From assembly GCA_951406725.2 (NCBI GenBank), contig OX597819.1, positions 8,556,001 to 8,620,000 of the forward strand: 64,000 bases of DNA. The letters are read 5' to 3'. The notes beneath the pieces were generated by a model. The model searched no databases and was not told the origin of the DNA. It was given only the letters and a program-made list of their open reading frames with translations. The DNA comes from Octopus vulgaris (lineage: Eukaryota). Below, piece after piece: positions 42,783 through 56,733 of this stretch. The position numbers and the translations under genes were made by a program. Numbering within the stretch: the first letter of the stretch is position 1; every line of letters begins with the position of its first letter.

Positions 42783-43010
42783 TTACACACACACAGGCAT
42801 ATATATATGTGTGTGTGCGTGTGTGAGAGAGAGAGACGATAAGGATACGAATACACAGGTATAGACACATATATAATGATAAATGCACATACAGCTACAA
42901 CGCATGTAGAACACAAATGCACACACACACACGCACACACACGCACATATTCATACTTTTCATGTGATAGCACCCACATCACAACAGCACGTACGACTCT
43001 CAAATAACAC

Positions 43011-43080
<70 letters not shown>

Positions 43081-43081
<1 letters not shown>

Positions 43082-43490
43082 GGCGATGAGCTGGCAGAAA
43101 CGTTAGCATACCGGGCGAAATACCTAGCGGTATTTCGTCTGCCATTGCGTTCTCATTTCAAATTCCGCCGTGGTCCACTTTGCCTTTCATCCTTTCGGGG
43201 GTCGATAAATTAAGTACCAGTTACACACTGGGGTCGATGTAATCGACTTAATCCTTTTGTCTGTCCTTGTTTGTCCCCTCTGTGTTTAGCCCCTTGTGGG
43301 TAGTAAAGAAATAGGTATTTTGCCCGTCGCTATGTTCCGAGTTCAAATTCCACCGAGGCTGACTTTGCTATTCAACCTTTCGGGATCAATAAATTAAGTA
43401 CCAGTGAAACACTGGGAATCGATGCAATCGATTAGTCCCCTTCCCTAAATTTCAGGCCTTGTGCCTTTAGTAGAAAGGGTTACTATTATT
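43081..43490 (+). mobile_element. Composite SINE B: head + body + B2 tail + older body + B1 tail
   Basis: A-box-like TGGCAGAAACGTTAG and B-box TTCAAATTCC; junction AAAGAAATA|GGTATTT at 43313/43314. Confidence 0.9.
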
Positions 43491-43535
43491 ATTAATTCAT
43501 AAAGACCACATAATAATCATGCCCTATGTGTGTGA

Positions 43536-43606
<71 letters not shown>

Positions 43607-43609
43607 TGC

Positions 43610-43656
<47 letters not shown>

Positions 43657-43745
43657 GGAGTAAACACATAAATGTGAAACAAGGTGGAAAAAAAGAGTAC
43701 TCAAATACCAGTGGTTGAGTAATATGCTTTAGAATCTAGCAAAAA

Positions 43746-43783
43746 CTGTCCGATGAACGGCAACGGGAAACTCAGAGTAACAG
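43746..43783 (+). ncRNA. Minimal type I hammerhead-like motif in a (TA)n-flanked Penelope-like fragment (43637-43815)
   Basis: CTGT-CCGATGA-ACGGCAACGG-GAAA-CTCAGAG-TA-ACAG. Stems I and III pair correctly; core U4 is C and stem II is weak. Confidence 0.6.
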
Positions 43784-43814
43784 GTTTTGTTGAATTTTTC
43801 TGCTTTAACTAAAG

Positions 43815-43881
<67 letters not shown>

Positions 43882-44040
43882 ATTAATATAGAAGCCGTGT
43901 GCAATGTTTTACCAAAAGGGAAAACTATAATCGTCACTAAATATGAATAGGATGTTAGAACACCTGTAGTTGCAGAAATAAGAACTAAAATCTTTAATGC
44001 TATAGTTATGCACATAATTATATACATATGTACTGACAAT

Positions 44041-44155
<115 letters not shown>

Positions 44156-44697
44156 CATACACATAATCAATTACAAGAAAAATACAAACTCAACTATAAA
44201 TAAAATGTTAAAATATAAATTATATTAGAAATGTCAAAGTACGGCGAACGCATTGACTGGTAAACTTGGACACATGCGCACTTGCACACACGCACACACA
44301 AGCAGTTCGGAGTTCCACGTGTTGCGTGATTCCTCAAGAGATGGTATTTCCCTGTAAGTGTCGTGCAATACGAGAAACTGTTGTTACGCAGCACAACGGG
44401 TACCAATTCCATACAATAAATAAAATAGCCTACAATTTGTAAGCATTGAACATATTTTCGTTTTTTTTCTTTTTTTGCAAAAAATTAAAGTGCGTGTGTG
44501 TGAGTGCGTGTGCATAATTGCATGTCTGTGCGTGTGCGAATATGCGTATGTCTATATATATATATACACACACATATATATTTATATGACTGTATATGTA
44601 TTTATATATATAAATATACATATATATATATATACAAATAAATGTATGTCTGGATATATAGTATGTATGTATATATGCATATATATGTACATAAAGG

Positions 44698-44733
<36 letters not shown>

Positions 44734-44827
44734 ATACATATACATAAGTACATAAGAGTATATAGGCATAAATGAGTGTGTATCTATATGTATGTGTGTA
44801 TTATGTATATATACATACAAACCTGTG

Positions 44828-44860
<33 letters not shown>

Positions 44861-44892
44861 ATATATACATATATATACATATACATATACGT

Positions 44893-44935
<43 letters not shown>

Positions 44936-44937
44936 CG

Positions 44938-44973
<36 letters not shown>

Positions 44974-44991
44974 TATACATATACATATACG

Positions 44992-45023
<32 letters not shown>

Positions 45024-45042
45024 TATACATATACATATACGT

Positions 45043-45091
<49 letters not shown>

Positions 45092-45389
45092 TATAACATG
45101 TACACGCATTCATGTTAACTTTATATATATCTGTCACATGATTAACAAAAAAAAAGCAACTAAACGAACAAGCCGCATTCATCATCAAAGAAGCAACAAG
45201 CAGCAAGCACAGTGCTGCAACAGAATGAAATGACGAATAGGAATAAGAATAAGACTGAAATAATACTTACTGTGAAAGGCAGGCAAAAACCGCCGGCAGA
45301 CTGTGGCTGTTGGTCAAATGACTGACGCCAACCGACCGACGTTGGTAGACGCACACAGACACACAGACATTTTGCATCTGACATCAACA

Positions 45390-45404
45390 GTTGTCCCTGG
45401 CAAC
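45390..45404. promoter_or_regulatory. RFX X-box-like motif upstream of a strong minus-strand splice donor
   Basis: GTTGCCAGGGACAAC on the minus strand, in a CpG-containing unique patch; ACA|GTAAGT donor at 45271/45270. Confidence 0.35.
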
Positions 45405-45514
45405 CACTGAGTTTCGCATCCTAAGATGGAGCACGAGCTTTTACTACTGTGCCTTAATGCATGTGCCAAGTGCAGACTGGCAGTGCAACAGTTTAAGTGG
45501 CAGTGCACTCAATG

Positions 45515-45545
<31 letters not shown>

Positions 45546-46356
45546 TGTAGCGATAGTAGTGATAGCTGTTGTAATGAAAGAAGTAGCAGCAGCAGCTGCA
45601 ACCGAAGTAGTAGTGCAGTGGTGCATTAGTGTAACGGGTTCAGTCAAACAGCTGCAAAGTTCAAACCCAACAGACGGCCAACGTTGATAACACTGCTCTC
45701 CTTCTCTCCGCTCTCTTTCTCTCTCTTCCTCTCCACATTCTCTCTGTCTTTCTCTTTCTTTCTAAATTATTCGTTTTTTTTTTTAGAAAAAGCTGACCAT
45801 GCGCACATAAGCAACTTCATCCACCCATAGACACATCACAAAAGAGCTTCCATACGGCCGGCCAGTCGTCCTGCTAGAAATAGCAGCGAGGTTGTTTCAA
45901 ATTACAACCTAGCGCCCTAACAACAAAGATGGACAGTTTGAATATAATACTGTCATACACATACACATTTACACACACACGCGCGGGCGTACAGGTTGAT
46001 CATGGCTGGAACGTCTTTTGGCTATAGGTCGGCTGAAACAGAAATGACTGAGTGGGCACTAACCAACAATCACACACACACACACATACACACAAACTTG
46101 TATTCTTTTATCCAAACAGGATGGTGTGAGTGTGTATAAAGCATCACATGTGCACAAGGTCACGCGTTTGCAGAGGAGGAAATTACATTTTTCTGTATTT
46201 TGTCAGACTTTCAGTCTTGTTCCGTTCTCGCGAGCAGATGCACTGTTAGAGAAGCGAGTTCACTTCAGCCTGAAATCGAAACTGGAGCACAGAGCCGGCT
46301 CACTGAGAGATTAACTCATTTGATCTACACCATTCATTACACATTCTCTCTCTCTC

Positions 46357-46387
<31 letters not shown>

Positions 46388-46622
46388 TAAATATACATAC
46401 ATACGTATGCATACATGACAAAAGGCAAGTTATAAATGTGTGTGAGCGTATTTATATATGTATCTGTGTGTATATGTGTGTATGTGTGTTTATTTTTACC
46501 GTTGTAGACTGTTGCACGTCCTCTTCTAGGGTTTAAACTTTCAAGATCATTAACAGACTGCTATAAATTTTAAAGGGATGATAAACTACAAGAGAACCTA
46601 CACGCTTATATGACTTTAACCT

Positions 46623-47042
46623 AGGCGGCGAGCTGGCAGAAACGTTAGCACGCCGGGCGAAATGCGTAGCCGTATTTCGTCTGCCGTTGCGTTCTGAGTT
46701 CAAATTCTTCCGAGATCGACTTTGCCTTTCATCCTTTCGGTGTCGATAAATTAAGTACCAGTTACGCACTGGGGTCGATATAATTGATTTAATCCGTTTG
46801 TCTGTCCTTGTTTGTCCCCTCTGTGTTTAGCCCCTTGTGGGTAATAAAGAAATACGTATTTCGTCTGCCGTTGCATTCTGAGTTCAAATTCCGGCGAGGT
46901 CGACTTTGCCTTTCATCCTTTCGGGGTCGATAAATTAAGGACCAGTTACGCACTGGGGTCGATATAATTGATTTAATCCGTTTGTCTGTCCTTGTTTGTC
47001 CTCTCTGTGTTTAGCCCCTTGAGGGTGGTAAAGAAAAAGGTA
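46623..47042 (+). mobile_element. Composite SINE B2-in-B2 dimer
   Basis: Junction AAAGAAATA|CGTATTTCG at 46854/46855; TAACCTA on both flanks. Confidence 0.9.
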
Positions 47043-47914
47043 ACCTAGTGAAAATCGATGTGGTAGGATTTGAACTTAGAACTTAAGTAAACGAATTCCA
47101 CCAGGTAAGCCACTGAACTGTTTTAACATAAAGCTTTGTGAAATTGTCACACGGCCAAGACTTTATTGGGAAGATAGTGGCGAATAACTTAACCTCAGTG
47201 TATTACAGATACTGAGTTTCTTGGCATGAATGGACAAAAGCCTACCTTGACGGGATTTGCAATCAGAAGGTTAAAAAAAATATTGCAAGATGTTTTGTTC
47301 GATAAATTATGAAGCTGTCGATCCACATCACGTTATATTCAGTATTGATTTCTTACACAATGACAATGTCACACATCTACGGGTAAGGGAAATATCGATT
47401 GGATTAATCCCGCTACTTGACTGGTACTTTATGTTTTCGACCCCGAAGGGATAAATGACTTGCTTGATCTCAGCGAGTTTGAAATAGAAATCTCTCTCTT
47501 TCTCACACACATACATAAGTACATGCATGCATACATATATATATATATGCACACATGATGAAAAGAGAAGTTATATGTGTATGCGAGTGCTTATGTATGT
47601 GTGCGTGTGTGAGTGTGTGCTAATGAAATAGAGCCAGGCCTCTCTATCGATTCTGCCAATCTGCCTCAGATTATATAATATTTAATATTGGTAGCGGTAC
47701 ATAACATTTCGATTAGCACAAACATATATATGCATGTGTGTATGTGTGTATGTGTGTGAGAGAGACAGAGAGAGAGAGAGAGATGTGGTGTGTTGTGCTG
47801 GATATTTATAGATTTGTCTACAGATATCTATTATAAGAGGGAGGCACATAGACAAATATACTCATATCTATTAATACCTTTTTTTTCTTTTTTCTTTTTT
47901 CTTTTTTCTTTTTT

Positions 47915-48312
47915 CTTTTTACTTATTTCAGTCATTTTGACTGTGGCCATTCTGGAGCACCGCCTTTAATCGAGCAACTCGACCCCGGGACTTATTCTTT
48001 GTAAGCCCAGTACTTATTCTATCAGTCTCTTTTGTCGAACCGCTAAGTGACGGGGACATAAACACACCAGCATCGACTGTCAAGCAATGCTAGGGGGACA
48101 AACACAGACACACAAATATACACGCACATACATATATATACATGTATACGACGGGCTTCTTTCAGTTTCCGTCTACCAAATCCACTCACAAGGCTTTGGT
48201 CGGCCTGAGGCTATAGTAGAAGACACTTGCCTAAGGTGCCACGCAGTAGGACTGAACCCGGAACCATGTGGTTGGTAAACAAGCTACTTACCACACAGCT
48301 ACTCCTGCGCCT
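47915..48312 (-). mobile_element. SINE family A, full length
   Basis: Colinear with the other A copies. Confidence 0.92.
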
Positions 48313-48422
48313 ATACATTGAAAATTGTAGATGTGAATACATATGTCGGATTATTAAGTCGCGTAGTTATTTTCGCTGTTCGTACACGCATATCAATACA
48401 CAGAGACATACTTTGTCTCAAA

Positions 48423-48808
48423 GTGGAGGCGCAATGGCTCAGTGGTTAGGGCAGAGGACTCACGGTCGTAGGATCGCGGTTTCGATTCCCAGACCGGGCG
48501 TTGTGAGTGTTTATTGAGCGAAAACACCTAAACCTCCACGAGGCTCCGGCAGGGATGGTGGTGATCCCTGCTGTACTCTTTCACCACAACTTTCTCTCAC
48601 TCTTACTTCCTGTTTCTGTTGTACCTGTATTTCAAGGGCCGGCCTTGTCACTCTCTGTGTCACGCTGAATATCCCCGAGAACTACGTTAAGGATACACGT
48701 GTCTGTGGAGTGCTCAGCCACTTACACGTTAATTTCACGAGCAGGCTGTTCCGTTGATTCGGATCAACCGGTACCCTCGTCGTCGTAACCGACGGAGTGC
48801 TTCCATCC
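48423..48808 (+). mobile_element. tRNA-derived SINE family E, tail variant 2, with 13-bp TSD
   Basis: ACTTTGTCTCAAA at 48410-48422 and 48809-48821; A and B boxes intact. Confidence 0.93.
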
Positions 48809-49277
48809 ACTTTGTCTCAAACAAACATAAACACACAAAACACGTACATATGCAGATGTGTATTGGTCAAGAGAAAGGCCACAAATACTTTAGTGGGATC
48901 TGTTTGACTGGTGCGATGTCATACAGGAGACCTGTTCTGAACGTTGAAGACCGTTAAATGCATACTAAGACCAGGTGTTCAAGCGCTCGAACCTGGCGAC
49001 GCATTACGTTTATAACTAAGTAGGTTAGGGCAAAATTTGAGGTCAGAGTGCAGAAAGCTCGAATAAATAACGAAAGGGCATTCCGCCCAACAATTTAATA
49101 GTCCACTGCCTGAAGCCCATACTTCATCTATCAACCTTGGAAGGATGAAAAGCAAAGTTGGTCCTTAAAAAGATCTAGAGTAGCAGCATGTTGAAATGAA
49201 AAGAAAATTTTAATCTGCAAGGCTTTCGTCTGGCGCTCTAATGACCCTGCAACTTCAGTATATATATATATATGTAC

Positions 49278-49312
<35 letters not shown>

Positions 49313-49511
49313 TTGACAGACAGACAGACAGATAGATAGATAGCTATGTTTCTTTATTAGCCACACAGGGCTGCACACAGACAGGACAAATTACAAGTTA
49401 GAGCTTTTCTTTTGGGGGTAAAAAAAGGGGGTTTGGTATTCGTTCAAAAGGGATCGTAAAGGGAAAGAAAGAGGACAAAAAAGGGGGGAATAGAATTTAA
49501 AAAAAAAACAC

Positions 49512-49546
<35 letters not shown>

Positions 49547-49699
49547 GCATATTTATAGCTATTACCAAGTACTAGGCTTACAAAGGATCGATTCCTTCGA
49601 CTAAAAGCGGTCCTCCAGCATGGCCACAGTCAAATGACTGAAACAAGTAAAAGACTAAAAGAGTAATATGAAGGATTAGCTCTTCAAGTTTCTACTGAA

Positions 49700-50171
49700 T
49701 CCCAGACGTTCGATGTGGGCGCACTTTGCCCACACCGCAGACGTCTACACGACAGTTTAGTTCACACCACATCCGTACTAGCATAACCTGATCAACTGAG
49801 TTCACCGTGTTGCATATCCGTTGCTTTAGCTCCAGTAAGTCCTGTGGAAATGGGAATATGAACATCTTGTCTTTCAGATAGCCTCAAAGGAAAGCGTCGC
49901 AAAGCGTTAGGTCGAAGGACCTGGGTGAGGTGTGGGGGCAGGGAACAGACCATCATTTCAACTCAGCACGCGCGCAATCCAGGGTTCTGGAAGATGCTGG
50001 TTGAGGTACTCGCGTACATGTTTATGCCAATGTGACAGGGCACCGTCTTGCTGCATAATGAAATCGGGTACCTCTTTTTCCAACTGGGGTAGCACCCAAA
50101 TGGACAAGCATGGTGAGATATTGAGATAAGTGCACTCTGTAAGGGTGGGCCATTCATTTTGAAATACCCTG
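49700..50171 (-). mobile_element. Internally deleted Tc1/mariner-superfamily element (rosa/DD41D- or Tc3-like)
   Basis: 5' end TA|CAGGGTATTTCAAAATGAATGGCCC; FIMQQDGALSHW..HVREYLNQHLPEPWIAR; RSFDLTLCDAFL*GYLKDK. Confidence 0.8.
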
Positions 50172-50236
50172 TATATATGTGTGTGTATGTGTGTGCGCGT
50201 GCATGTGTGTGTCTGTCTGTTTATGCATGCGTGTGC

Positions 50237-50609
50237 GTAGCTTGCTAACCAACCACATGGTTCCGGGTTCAGTCCCACTGCGTGGCATCTTGGGCAAGTG
50301 TCTTCTGCTATAGCCCCGGGCCGACTAATGCCTTGTGAGTGGATATGGTAGACGGAAACTGAAAGAAGCCTGTCGTATATATGTATGTATATATATATAT
50401 GTGTATGTCTGTGTTTGTCCCCCTAGCATTGCTTGACAACCGCTGCTGGTGTATTTACGTCCCCGTCACTTAGCGGTTCGGCAAAAGAGACCGATAAAAT
50501 AAGTACTGGGCTTACAAAGAATAAGTCCTGGGGTCGATTTGCTCGACTAAAGGCGGTGCTCCAGCATGGCCGCAGTCAACTGACTGAAACAAGTAAAAGA
50601 GTAAAGAGT
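50237..50609 (+). mobile_element. SINE family A, slightly 5'-truncated
   Basis: Colinear with the other A copies, in opposite orientation to 47915-48312. Confidence 0.92.
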
Positions 50610-50838
50610 ATGTATGTGTTTAGATGCGTGTGTGTGTTTATTGCGCATGCCTGCCTGTGTGTATGTGTCCGTGAGCGGAAGTGGTTAAGACTTTAGACCG
50701 GGAAATCGCTTTCCGTTAATCGTTCTTGTTTTCTGCGTTATGAGTTCAAATAACACCGAGGTTAACATTGTCTTTCGTATATTCGGATTTGATAATGTAT
50801 CATCCCTGTATGCAGATGTGGACTCTTGCTTCCTCTTG

Positions 50839-50946
<108 letters not shown>

Positions 50947-51285
50947 CGAGAAGTCAGGCTTATTCAGACCTGGAGAGGGATGGGTTCAGCCAGTGCTAAA
51001 AACGCTTTAAACACGCCGTACGTTACGTCGGAGCCCGCACAACTCCATTAGAAGTCGAGGAAGCAAAGCAAAGAGTATGTATGCCTTTATGTGCGTTTGA
51101 ATGGACGGATGGGTGGTGGGTGTATTTATTTATCTGTATATAACTTAAGCTATACAATATAATCACGTGATATATTTTTAAATCACACAAAAAGAATAAG
51201 ATGCAAGGTGCAATACATACATACATACATACATACATACATACATACCTACCTACATACATACATACATACATACATACATACA

Positions 51286-51312
<27 letters not shown>

Positions 51313-51316
<4 letters not shown>

Positions 51317-51543
51317 TTCTTTATTACCCACAAGGGGCTAAACATAGAGGGGACAAACAAGGACAGACATAGGTATTAAGTCGATTACATCGACCCCAGT
51401 GCGTAACTGGTACTTAATTTATCGAACCCGAAAGGATGAAAGGCAAAGTCAACCTCGGCGGAATTTGAACTCAGAACGTAACGACAAGCGAAATACCGTT
51501 AAGCATTTCGCCCGGCGTGCTAACGTTTCTGCCAGCTCTCCGC
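51313..51543 (-). mobile_element. Solo full-length SINE B2 inserted in (TATG)n
   Basis: Head, body and B2 tail, flanked on both sides by (CATA)n. Confidence 0.92.
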
Positions 51544-51844
51544 ATACATACATACATACATACATACATACATACATACATACATACATACATACATACA
51601 TACATACATGCATGCATGCATGCATGCATGCAATCAGCAATTTCATATGCAATCAGCATAACAGGCCAGAAATAGTTGTATGGGGCAGGGAACAAAAGCC
51701 ATGCATTGTTGTAGGGATCAGCTGCCTAGTAGATATAAATGACTAAAAAATTGGGGCTGAGGTGAACATGTATGGAGAATTGCTGAACTACATATAAGAA
51801 CTGCAGCTCTTATATTCCGACTACAGATTTTCACTTGTTCCTAT

Positions 51845-52827
51845 TATTGTCTTCTACACTTGGCACAAGGCCCGAAATTTTGGGGTAGGGAGCCAGTCGA
51901 TTAGATCGAACCAGTACGCAACTGGTACTTAATCTATCGACCCCGAAAGGATAAAAAGCAAAGTCGACCTCGACGGAATTTGAACTTAGACCGTAAAGGC
52001 AGACGAAATACCACAATACCTATTTCTTTATTACCCACAAGGGGCTAAACACAGAGGGGACAAACACGGACATACATAGGTATTAAGTCGATTACATCGA
52101 CCCCAGTGCGTAACTGGTACTTAATCTATCGACCCCGAAAGGATAAAAAGCAAAGTCGACCTCGACGGAATTTGAACTTAGACCGTAAAGGCAGACGAAA
52201 TACCACAATACCTATTTCTTTATTACCCACAAGGGGCTAAACACAGAGGGGACAAACACGGACAGACATAGGTATTAAGTCGATTACATCGACCCCAGTG
52301 CGTAACTGGTACTTAATCTATCGACCCCGAAAGGATAAAAAGCAAAGTCGACCTCGGCGGAATTTGAACTTAGACCGTAAAGGCAGACGAAATACCACAA
52401 TACCTATTTCTTTATTACCCACAAGGGGCTAAACACAGAGGGGACAAACACGGACAGACATAGGTATTAAGTCGATTACATCGACCCCAGTGCGTAACTG
52501 GTACTTAATCTATCGACCCCGAAAGGATAAAAAGCAAAGTCGACCTCGGCGGAATTTGAACTTAGACCGTAAAGGCAGACGAAATACCACAATACCTATT
52601 TCTTTATTACCCACAAGGGGCTAAACACAGAGGGGACAAACACGGACAGACATAGGTATTAAGTCGATTACATCGACCCCAGTGCGTAACTGGTACTTAA
52701 TTTATCGACCCCGAAAGGATGAAAGGCAAAGTCGACCTCGGCGGAATTTGAACTCACAACGTAACGCAGACGAAATACCGCAAAGCATTTCTCCCGGCGT
52801 GCTAACGTTTCTGCCAGCTCGCCGCCT
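51845..52827 (-). repeat. SINE B-derived tandem array, 192-bp period
   Basis: TATTTCTTTATTACCC starts at 52021, 52213, 52405 and 52597; a single head at ~52827 and a single B1 tail at ~51845. Confidence 0.96.
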
Positions 52828-53451
52828 TACTTGTTCCTATTATTATAGGTGCACTGGTGTACGTCGCAATTGGTAGGCATAGAAACCTAGAAATGCTTGA
52901 ATTCTCAAAAAAAATAATAAATAAAAGAAGAAAAGAAAAGAGCAGACTAAAATACACACGTTCCCGATACACTCGATGAGAGGAACAACGAAAATCAGTA
53001 AAACATTGCAAAAGAGATTCTCCACTCGAGGTCTTTCGATGAAGACACGCACACAATTACATATACAAATGGAATACAACTACGTACGCACATGAATTGT
53101 TATGAAATATACACTTGTGTATTCTTTTGTGATACGCACATCCGCAATTGTAAGTTTATCCACACCAATACACATACACAAAACATGCACACATGTGACT
53201 AAATCAACCAATCCTGAGTAAGCAGAACATTCAAACAAAGTAGCTTTGACATTTTGTTAATGGACAAAGGAGAAATAAAACTAAAAATAAATCCCAAAGA
53301 TAACATACGTACATTCATAAATACATATGGAAAATCAAACTGAGGCGCAGGCTTTTGCGGATTTATGCGTGCGCACTGAATTAACACATTCATATATGCT
53401 CGTGCCTGCACACGCTCAAACAGACATTCACATTCAAACTCACATTACTGT

Positions 53452-53677
53452 ATTCTTTTACTCTTTAATTCTTTTACTTGTTTCAGTCATTTGACTGCGG
53501 CCATTCTGGAGCACCGCCTTTAATCGAGCAACTCGACGCCGGGACTTATTCTTTTGTAAGCCCAGTACTTATTCTATCGGTCTCTTTTGCCGAACCGCTA
53601 AGTAACGGGGACATAACCACACCAGCATCGGTTGTCAAGCAATGCTAGGAGGACAAACACAGACACAAACACACACA

Positions 53678-53743
<66 letters not shown>

Positions 53744-53910
53744 TACGACGGGCTTCTTTCAGTTTCCGTCTACCAAATCCACTCACAAGGCTTTGGTCGG
53801 GCCGAGGCTATAGTGGAAGACACTTGCCCAAGGTGCCACGCAGTGGGACTGAACCCGGAACCATGTGGTTGGTAAACAAGCTACCTACCACACAGCCACT
53901 CCTGCGCCTA
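53452..53910 (-). mobile_element. SINE family A, full length
   Basis: Colinear. Further minus-strand copies at 54502-54918 and 56093-56518, partial ones at 39933-40090, 57707-57910 and 61000-61150; plus-strand fragments at 31806-31968, 37318-37485, 49565-49665 and 58250-58470. Confidence 0.92.
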
Positions 53911-54016
53911 CGTATAAATAACAATTGTATGTATGTATAAATTGTATGTATGTATAATTGTATGTATATATAAATTGTATGTATAAATTGTATGTATGTA
54001 TAAATTACAATTCGAA

Positions 54017-54132
54017 ACATAAAGCTATCTATGATCCACTCGTTCTATATTTAGCAACATACAATAACTCCCAACACTCGCACACATTACGTTGCTAAAA
54101 ATATAACACGTGGATCATAGATTGCTTCATGT
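54017..54132. repeat. Imperfect ~40-bp inverted repeat with ~32-nt spacer (MITE-like)
   Basis: AAGCTATCTATGATCCAC...TTTAGCAAC pairs with GTTGCTAAA...GTGGATCATAGATTGCTT. Confidence 0.8.
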
Positions 54133-54311
54133 GTTCAATCGGTATACATCCTGTGGAAGCTGCTTATTATGATCACTATGGGACGGATATTTCTAGGGTA
54201 CAACTATATGCTGATTACACTGTGAAAATATGCTAAACATATTTCGAAAATACTAATTTTGGTAATAATAACCGTTGATAACATAATCCCTAGTTATGGC
54301 TAGCGTGTTTA

Positions 54312-54491
<180 letters not shown>

Positions 54492-54682
54492 TATATGTAT
54501 GTATTCTTTTATTCTTTTACTTGATTCAGTCGTTTGACTGCGGCCATACTGGAACACCGCCTTTGGTCGAACAAATCAACCGCAGAACTTATTCTATCGA
54601 TCTTGTTTTGCCGAACCGCTAAGTTGCGGGGACGTAAACACAGATATACAAACATATAGACATATATATGTGTGTATATATA

Positions 54683-54747
<65 letters not shown>

Positions 54748-55007
54748 TTATATATATATATATGACGGGCCTCTTTACGTATCCGTCTACCAAATCCACT
54801 CACAAGGATTTGGTCGGCCTGAGGCTATAGTAGAAGACACTCGCCCAAGGTGCCACGCAGTAGGACTGAACCGGGAACCATGTGGTTGGGAAGTAAGCTA
54901 CTTACGACAGCCTGTGCCCAACAAAAGAGTAGTATAAAAATATTTGTATATTTGAATGCCTTCATACACATACACACTCACAAATATATAAATATATAAA
55001 TGTATAC

Positions 55008-55046
<39 letters not shown>

Positions 55047-56282
55047 TGTATATATATACATGTGTGTGTGTGTACATACGTATGTATTCATGTGTGATTA
55101 TGTATACACATGTGTGTATATATGTTTGTGTCTATCTATCTATCTATCTATCTATCTCACGGGTAAACCTCACCTGTCCTCCCCTTTACACCTTCATCAT
55201 GACATTTCTGTGATACACGATCCCTATTGATCGTTTTTTTTTCTTCTCCCCTTTTTTTTCCTCTTTTTTCTTCTTTTTTTCCTTTTTCTTTCCCTTTGTT
55301 TCTTTTCCTTTTTTTTTTTTCTTTTCCTCTACCTTTTTTGTTCTTTCTTTGCGATCCCTTTTGATCGAAAACCTACGCCACCCTTTGTTTTTTTTTATTC
55401 TTTTTTTCATCCCCCAAAAGAAAAGCTCTACCTTGTAACTTGTCCCATCTGTGTGCAGCCCTGTGTGCCAATGAACTATCTATCTACCTTATCTATCAAT
55501 AATATGGACATTCTTTCCCCTGAGGATTTGCTATCTCTGCCACATGGAATCTAACTGGGTATTTGAAGCCTACACTTAATCCTCTTCTTCATCAACAATA
55601 AAAATAATTTCGTTATATTTATTTCACTCTTCCGTTCTGAAGTGCGCAGCCAAACATGCTAGAATAGTAAAGTGAATGAATCTACGTCGGTCTTGTGAAG
55701 AACATTCAGTAATTCACTCGTTTTTATTACTCACAGAATTAGCGAGTAAGTGGCTAAACATTCCTCAGGCACATGTGCCCCTTGGCACACTCCTCAGGCA
55801 GAATTCGTTAGTGAGCCGGTGTGTGACAAGGCGAGACCTTTCCATAACAAATTATATCCATTCTATAGCTTTTTGGCACAGTTTCCGTTTACCAGTTTTA
55901 CTGATAAAGTTTGGATCGATTTGAAGCGATTGTAAACGACACATGGCTAAGAAGCCATACACTAGAATTGAACACGGGACCTAGTGATTGCGAAGTGAAC
56001 TTTTTAAAGAACTGAGACGTATAATGTTTTGTATAAACGTATGCATGTAACCGAAAGGGAAGTTCTACGGATATTGAGAACGCCCGACAACCGTTTCAGT
56101 CATTTGACTGCGGCCATGCTGGAGCACCGCCTTTAGTCGAGCAAATCGACCCCAGGACTTATTCTTTGTAAGCCCAGTACTTATTCTATCGGTCTCTTTT
56201 GCCGAACCGCTAAGTAACGGGGACGTAAACACACCAGCATCGGTTTTCAAGCAATGCTAGGGGGACAAACACAGACACACAA

Positions 56283-56356
<74 letters not shown>

Positions 56357-56733
56357 GACAGGCTTCTTTAAGTTTCCGTCTACCAAATCCACTCACAAGG
56401 CATTGGTCGGCCCGGGGCTATAGCAGAAGACACTTGCCCAAGATGCCACGCAGTGGGACTGAACCCGGAACCATGTGTTTGGTTAGCAAGCTACTTACCA
56501 CACAGCCACTCCTGCGCCAAAACCGTGTTAATTTTTCTTTTCTACTTTCGGCACAAAGTCAGCAATTTTTGCATCGACCCCAGTAATTGTCCGGTATTTT
56601 ATTTTATCGATCCCAAAAAGTGCCTTTCATCAATTTGAGGTCGATGAAATAAGTACCAGTTGAGCACTGGGGTTGATGTAATCGACTAGACCCCTCCCCC
56701 CAAATTATAAGCCTTGTGTCTATAGTAGAAACA

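Noticed and set aside
51845-52827. Regularly spaced repeats as a CRISPR-like array
   Set aside because: Whole 192-bp units repeat with no unique spacers, they derive from SINE B, and the context is eukaryotic.
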